In this document: piece by piece, positions 59,896 to 64,000 of the stretch | Position numbering within the stretch: the first letter of the stretch is position 1 | Layout: each line of letters begins with the position of its first letter | Source of the DNA: an uncultured delta proteobacterium | GTDB lineage: Bacteria > Desulfobacterota > Binatia > UBA9968 | Direction of reading: 5' to 3' | NCBI GenBank assembly: GCA_963737905.1 | Contig: CAVTUQ010000034.1 | Coordinates: 1 to 64,000, forward strand | Length of the DNA: 64,000 nt | The notes under the pieces: generated by a model | Told to the model about the DNA's origin: nothing | The model's input: the letters and a program-made list of their open reading frames with translations, nothing else | The model's database searches: none | Position numbers and translations under genes: made by a program

Positions 59896-60909
59896 TTACA
59901 GATCGAGGGTACTTTCCGCGAAAAGTTCTTCCACCTTCATCTTCTTGGAGGTGAGGCCTTGTTCGTGAGAGAAATCGATCAGCGTCTCGAGCATTTTACG
60001 GTTGGCTTTGACGCCGTAAGGGTATGGGTCGGTGCCGAACATCTCCTGGGTCCGGGCCAGATATTCGCGGCCGAAGAACAGCGCTGACGGAATGCTGTCA
60101 ACGAGCTTTGCGTTGAAGTGCTCCTTCGCCTTGACGAAGCCCGTGTACAGATTAAAGGCCACCCAGGGATATTTCTTGTAGACATCGCCGCGAATCGTGT
60201 AGGCGTGATTGACCGGAAGAAAACCCCACTTCTTGAAGAAACGCGCGCCCTCCGCCATGCGGTCGGGAAAAAGTAGTTTGACTTTACTCCAGTCGCCTTC
60301 CGCTCCCGGAATGCGATGTGACCGGCCGATGATGTCGGGAATGTTTTTCCAAGGGCTGTTTATGGCGGCGGCGTCCAGCTCGTTGTTCACTAGCATCGAC
60401 GCCATGCTTTTGTCCGTCGGAATGCGCTGAAACGAGATCCCCGGCGGCGGCGTGAAGCCGGTGGCGCCGCCGTGGCTCAACTCTTCGGTCCTCTCCATGT
60501 ACCAATGGACTTTGTATTGCGACACGCCAAAGTCGTGTTCGAGTAATCCTCGCTGCCACAATGCAGCGGTTTGTTGGTATTCCCCCACGCCGATGCGTTT
60601 GCCGACGAGGTCGCCCGGCTGTTTAATGCCGGAGTCCGTGTTATAGGAAACCTCGGTATGGAACAAGCGCCGGCTGGGAAAAACCGGGAGCGCGATCATG
60701 TCGAAGCCGCGCTCGCGAGCGATTAAATACGAGGACATCGACATTTCGCCGACCTCGAACTCCTGAAACTTGAGCTGCCGCCAGAAGGTTTCTGATGGAT
60801 GTGAGTAAGTCGGGACAATTTCGATGCCTTCAGCCTGCACAACTCCTTTCATTAACGGGTCGACTCTTTCGTTAAACGCGGAAATGAAGCTCAATCTGAG
60901 TTTGGGCAT
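59896..60909 (-). CDS. 4,5-dihydroxyphthalate decarboxylase-like protein
   Basis: FEVGEMSMSSY, ALPVFPSR, EYQQTAALW, PVNH, YPYGV; no signal peptide. Confidence 0.8.
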   Translation of the reverse strand: MPKLRLSFISAFNERVDPLMKGVVQAEGIEIVPTYSHPSETFWRQLKFQEFEVGEMSMSSYLIARERGFDMIALPVFPSRRLFHTEVSYNTDSGIKQPGDLVGKRIGVGEYQQTAALWQRGLLEHDFGVSQYKVHWYMERTEELSHGGATGFTPPPGISFQRIPTDKSMASMLVNNELDAAAINSPWKNIPDIIGRSHRIPGAEGDWSKVKLLFPDRMAEGARFFKKWGFLPVNHAYTIRGDVYKKYPWVAFNLYTGFVKAKEHFNAKLVDSIPSALFFGREYLARTQEMFGTDPYPYGVKANRKMLETLIDFSHEQGLTSKKMKVEELFAESTLDL

Positions 60910-60966
60910 CGTGTCTCCTTTTGATGTGATTCCACGCAGCTTGCTGCGGGATTCATTAGACCGCCA

Positions 60967-61980
60967 TCATAAATCCAGGGTCTCTTTGGCGAACAACTCT
61001 TCCACTTTCATCTTGCGCGGCGTGAGCCCTTGTTCCTGGGAAAAGCCGATAAGCGTTTCGAGCATCGCCGAGTTGGCTTTCACGCCGTAAGGGAACGGAT
61101 CATCGCCCAAAATGCCCTGTGTCGTCGCGAGATATTCAGCGCCGAAAAAGAGCGCAGCCGGTATCCGCTCCGGCAGAGTTTTTGTCGCGTACGCTTTTGC
61201 AGCAACGAAAGCGTCGTACAATTTGAGCGTGACTCCCGGATGCTCCCGATAGACGTCACCGCGAATGATGTAAGCGTGGTTGACCGGAACAAAACCGTAC
61301 TTCCCGACGAAGCGTTTGGCTTCTGCGATCGGATCGGGGAATAAAGGTTTGACTTTGCTCCAGTCGCCTTCGCTGCCGCGTATGTGAGTCGAGCGATCGA
61401 TGACGTTCACCGCCCGTGAAAGGTGTCCGGCAATGGGCGCGGCGTCGATTTCGTGATTCACCAGCATGGTTGCCATGCTCTTGTCCGGCGGTATGCGATG
61501 CAATGATATTCCCGGGGGCGGTGTGAATCCCGTGGCGCCGCCGTGGCTCAACTCGTCGGTTCGTTCCATGTACCAGTCGACTTTGTACTGCGACACGCCG
61601 AAGTCGTGGTCCAATATACCGCGCGCCCAGAGGGCTGCGGTCTGCTGGTACTCGCCGACGCCGATGCGCTTATCCAAGAGGTCGCCGGGCTTCGTGACGC
61701 CGGAGTCGACATGATAGGAAAGGTCGGTATGGAAAAAACGGCGGCTTGGAAAAACGGGAAGCGCAATCATGTCCACGCCGCGCGAGCGCGCGATCAAGTA
61801 GGAGGACATGGACATTTCCGCCACTTGAAATTCTTGGAACTTGAGCTGGCGCCAAAAAGTCTCCGAAGGGTGAGAATAGGTCGGGATGATATCGATACCG
61901 TCGGCTTTGATGGTCCCGTCCATGAGCGGTTCAACGCGCTCGTTGAAATTGGAGACGAAGCTCAAAGTTAAGTCTGGCAT
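60967..61980 (-). CDS. 4,5-dihydroxyphthalate decarboxylase-like protein (tandem paralog)
   Basis: Same motifs as 59896..60909. Confidence 0.8.
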   Translation of the reverse strand: MPDLTLSFVSNFNERVEPLMDGTIKADGIDIIPTYSHPSETFWRQLKFQEFQVAEMSMSSYLIARSRGVDMIALPVFPSRRFFHTDLSYHVDSGVTKPGDLLDKRIGVGEYQQTAALWARGILDHDFGVSQYKVDWYMERTDELSHGGATGFTPPPGISLHRIPPDKSMATMLVNHEIDAAPIAGHLSRAVNVIDRSTHIRGSEGDWSKVKPLFPDPIAEAKRFVGKYGFVPVNHAYIIRGDVYREHPGVTLKLYDAFVAAKAYATKTLPERIPAALFFGAEYLATTQGILGDDPFPYGVKANSAMLETLIGFSQEQGLTPRKMKVEELFAKETLDL

Positions 61981-62087
61981 CCTTTGATCTCTTTCTAACC
62001 CACGCTTTGGCGCGCCGGCATTTTCTTGGCTGAAACGAGGAAAGATTTGACCTTTGAGTTGTTTTTACTGAATCGAAAAGAAGAATA

Positions 62088-62194
62088 CTCGCGCAAAGCA
62101 TGTCCTGAGCGGTGTCGAAGGGACGCAAAGCACGCCAAGTTCGGATAAACAAGAAAAAGGTCTTTTTCTTTTGCGCCTTGGCGTCTTGGCGCGA
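62088..62194. repeat. CGCAAAG/CTTGGCG inverted repeat with a nested GTCCTGAGC-N3-GTCGAAGGG unit
   Basis: Same nesting as at 5828-5880. Confidence 0.65.
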
Positions 62195-62245
62195 TCAATT
62201 TTCTTGCCGTGGGTTTGTTGAACATAAAAAAAGGTAGAATTTACT

Positions 62246-63256
62246 CTACAAATCGAGCGTGCTTTCAGCGAATAATTCTTCGACGGTCATTCTTCTCGGT
62301 GTCAGCCCTTGCTCGTGAGAAAATGCAATGATCGTGTCGAGCATCGCCTTGTTGGCCTTGATGCCGTAAGGAAAGGGGTCGTCGCCGAGCATTTCGCGTG
62401 TCATCGCAGCATACTCCGGCGCGAAGAAAAGCGCCGTCGGAATACGCTCGATCAGTTTCTCACGAACGAGCGCCTTGGCCTTGACGAAGCCGGTGTAGAG
62501 ATTAAACGCGACCCAGGGATATTTTTTGTAGATGTCCCCGCGAATAATGTACGCATGGTTGACCGGTAAAAATCCGTGTTGTTTATAGAAACGCGCACCT
62601 TCTGCCATGCGATCCGGAAACAGCGGTTTGATTTTGCTCCAATCTCCTTTGCCGGCGATACGACTGGAGCGATCCAGCGCATTGGCTTGGAGCACCCAGG
62701 GGCTCGCCACATGGGCGACGTCCAATTCGTTTTCGAGTAGGGTCGATGCCAGGCTCTTGTTTGCCGCGATACGGTTAAATGATATGCCGGGAGGCGGCTT
62801 GAAACCTGTAGCGGCGCCGTGGCTCATCTCCTCGCTTCGTTCCATATACCAGTGAATCTTGTACTGGGAGACGCCAAAGTCATGTTCCAAAATGCCCCGT
62901 ATCCAAAGCGCCGCCGTTTGTTGATACTCCGCCACGCCCAGGCGTTTGTCGGCAAGGTCTTGGGGTTTCCTGATCCCCGAGTCGACGTGATAGGAAAGCT
63001 CGGTTTGAAATAAACGCCGGCTTGGAAAAACCGGCAGCGCGATCATATCGGCGCCCTGGGAGCGGGCGATTAGAAAGGAAGACATCGACATCTCCGCCAC
63101 TTCGAATTCGCCAAACTTAAGCTGCCGCCAGAACGTCTCTGCGGGATGGGAGTATGTCGGAATCAGTTCGATGCCCTCGGCCTGGACTGCTCCGTTCATC
63201 AGAGGCTCGACCCGCTCGTTGAACGCGGAAATGAATCCTAACGTAAGCTTCGACAT
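62246..63256 (-). CDS. 4,5-dihydroxyphthalate decarboxylase-like protein (tandem paralog)
   Basis: Same motifs as 59896..60909. Confidence 0.8.
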   Translation of the reverse strand: MSKLTLGFISAFNERVEPLMNGAVQAEGIELIPTYSHPAETFWRQLKFGEFEVAEMSMSSFLIARSQGADMIALPVFPSRRLFQTELSYHVDSGIRKPQDLADKRLGVAEYQQTAALWIRGILEHDFGVSQYKIHWYMERSEEMSHGAATGFKPPPGISFNRIAANKSLASTLLENELDVAHVASPWVLQANALDRSSRIAGKGDWSKIKPLFPDRMAEGARFYKQHGFLPVNHAYIIRGDIYKKYPWVAFNLYTGFVKAKALVREKLIERIPTALFFAPEYAAMTREMLGDDPFPYGIKANKAMLDTIIAFSHEQGLTPRRMTVEELFAESTLDL

Positions 63257-63521
63257 GACTCTTAGCCCAGATTATTCACCATACGAAGCAAAAGCATGAC
63301 AGAGTTTAGAGCGAGGAGTGAGCCTCGAAGCGAGCGGGCACAGGAGCGTAAAGCCCGCTGACTTAAGGGGTCCTTGGCTAAAAGCTCGCGTTTCTTACGC
63401 ATCGTATGCTTCACCACCCAAGTTTGCAGGCCTTCTCAAGGTAGAGACCCATTGCCCGCGACCGGAGAGGCTTACTCCTCGGTTGTTTTGCCCCCTGAAT
63501 AATGCGGGTTTAGGATCCCCG

Positions 63522-64000
63522 CTAAAATCCGTCGATCGACCAAATATCGTAGAGCAACTCCATGCGCCGAAAAGTATGCTTCCTTGTTTGCTCCTGAAGG
63601 TGCGGCGAAGCGATATAACGCACGGCGATTTCTTCGGCGAGGCTGCTGTGCTCTTCATCCGCTTCCGAGTGCACGGTGAAAAACCGGACGTCGTCGGGCT
63701 TCATGTTGTATTGTTTGATAAATCCATGCCCCAACGCTGCCGCCGCCGGGCCGAAGGTTCCCTCCGCGCCGATCTGGATCGCCATGACAACAAACCACGG
63801 CAAGGTGTGGATGATCAATTCGACATAGTAGAGGTGGGCCGCTGTGGAAGGCCGCAGTACGGCGTCTTCGAGTTGTTGCTTTGTCAGACCGATGGACTCG
63901 GCGAATCGGATCGCCAGTTCATTATGGCCGGCGCTGCCGGTGTCCATGCCGCGGGTTTCTTCCTCGACGACACCCCACAATTTCTGAGCGATCTCGGGGT
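63522..64000 (-). CDS. CADD/PqqC/TenA-like heme-oxygenase-like di-metal protein (5' end outside the window)
   Basis: EEE...H, AEG, HSEADEEH. Confidence 0.75.
   Translation of the reverse strand, partial: PEIAQKLWGVVEEETRGMDTGSAGHNELAIRFAESIGLTKQQLEDAVLRPSTAAHLYYVELIIHTLPWFVVMAIQIGAEGTFGPAAAALGHGFIKQYNMKPDDVRFFTVHSEADEEHSSLAEEIAVRYIASPHLQEQTRKHTFRRMELLYDIWSIDGF

Noticed and set aside
63257-63521. ORF 63395..63658 or a riboswitch in this spacer
   Set aside because: The ORF overlaps the oxidase in another frame, and I recognise no riboswitch consensus; an Rfam scan would be decisive.

Overview
A GC-rich bacterial window with no rRNA, tRNA, CRISPR array, intact transposase or integrase that I can recognise. 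Its gene content resembles Candidatus Binatia-type (deltaproteobacteria-like) metagenome contigs; this is an inference. It is dominated by solute uptake: 12 NMT1/THI5(SsuA)-like binding proteins for only one NitT/TauT ABC membrane module, a TAXI-TRAP locus with three binding-protein paralogs, two TctABC systems and one FbpABC-like ABC system. Catabolic enzymes are interleaved: LigJ-like amidohydrolase, HpcH aldolase, orphan TPP E1 alpha/beta, AOR, TcuA-like flavoprotein, LLM, two CADD/PqqC-like oxidases, four 4,5-dihydroxyphthalate-decarboxylase-like proteins and two Ser-less alpha/beta hydrolases. Many genes have single-base indels, probably long-read errors. The unusual signals are mostly non-coding. 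(1) Two integrase-less integron cassette arrays (about 45.7-47.9 kb and 56.2-57.8 kb) carry clear attC sites, TA cassettes and a putative nuclease. (2) Intergenic repeats are nested inside one another, including a TIR-less element that inserts at a fixed point in a host repeat. (3) A ~126-bp hairpin element occurs twice with compensatory changes. (4) Period-7 arrays of many unrelated sequences occur throughout.
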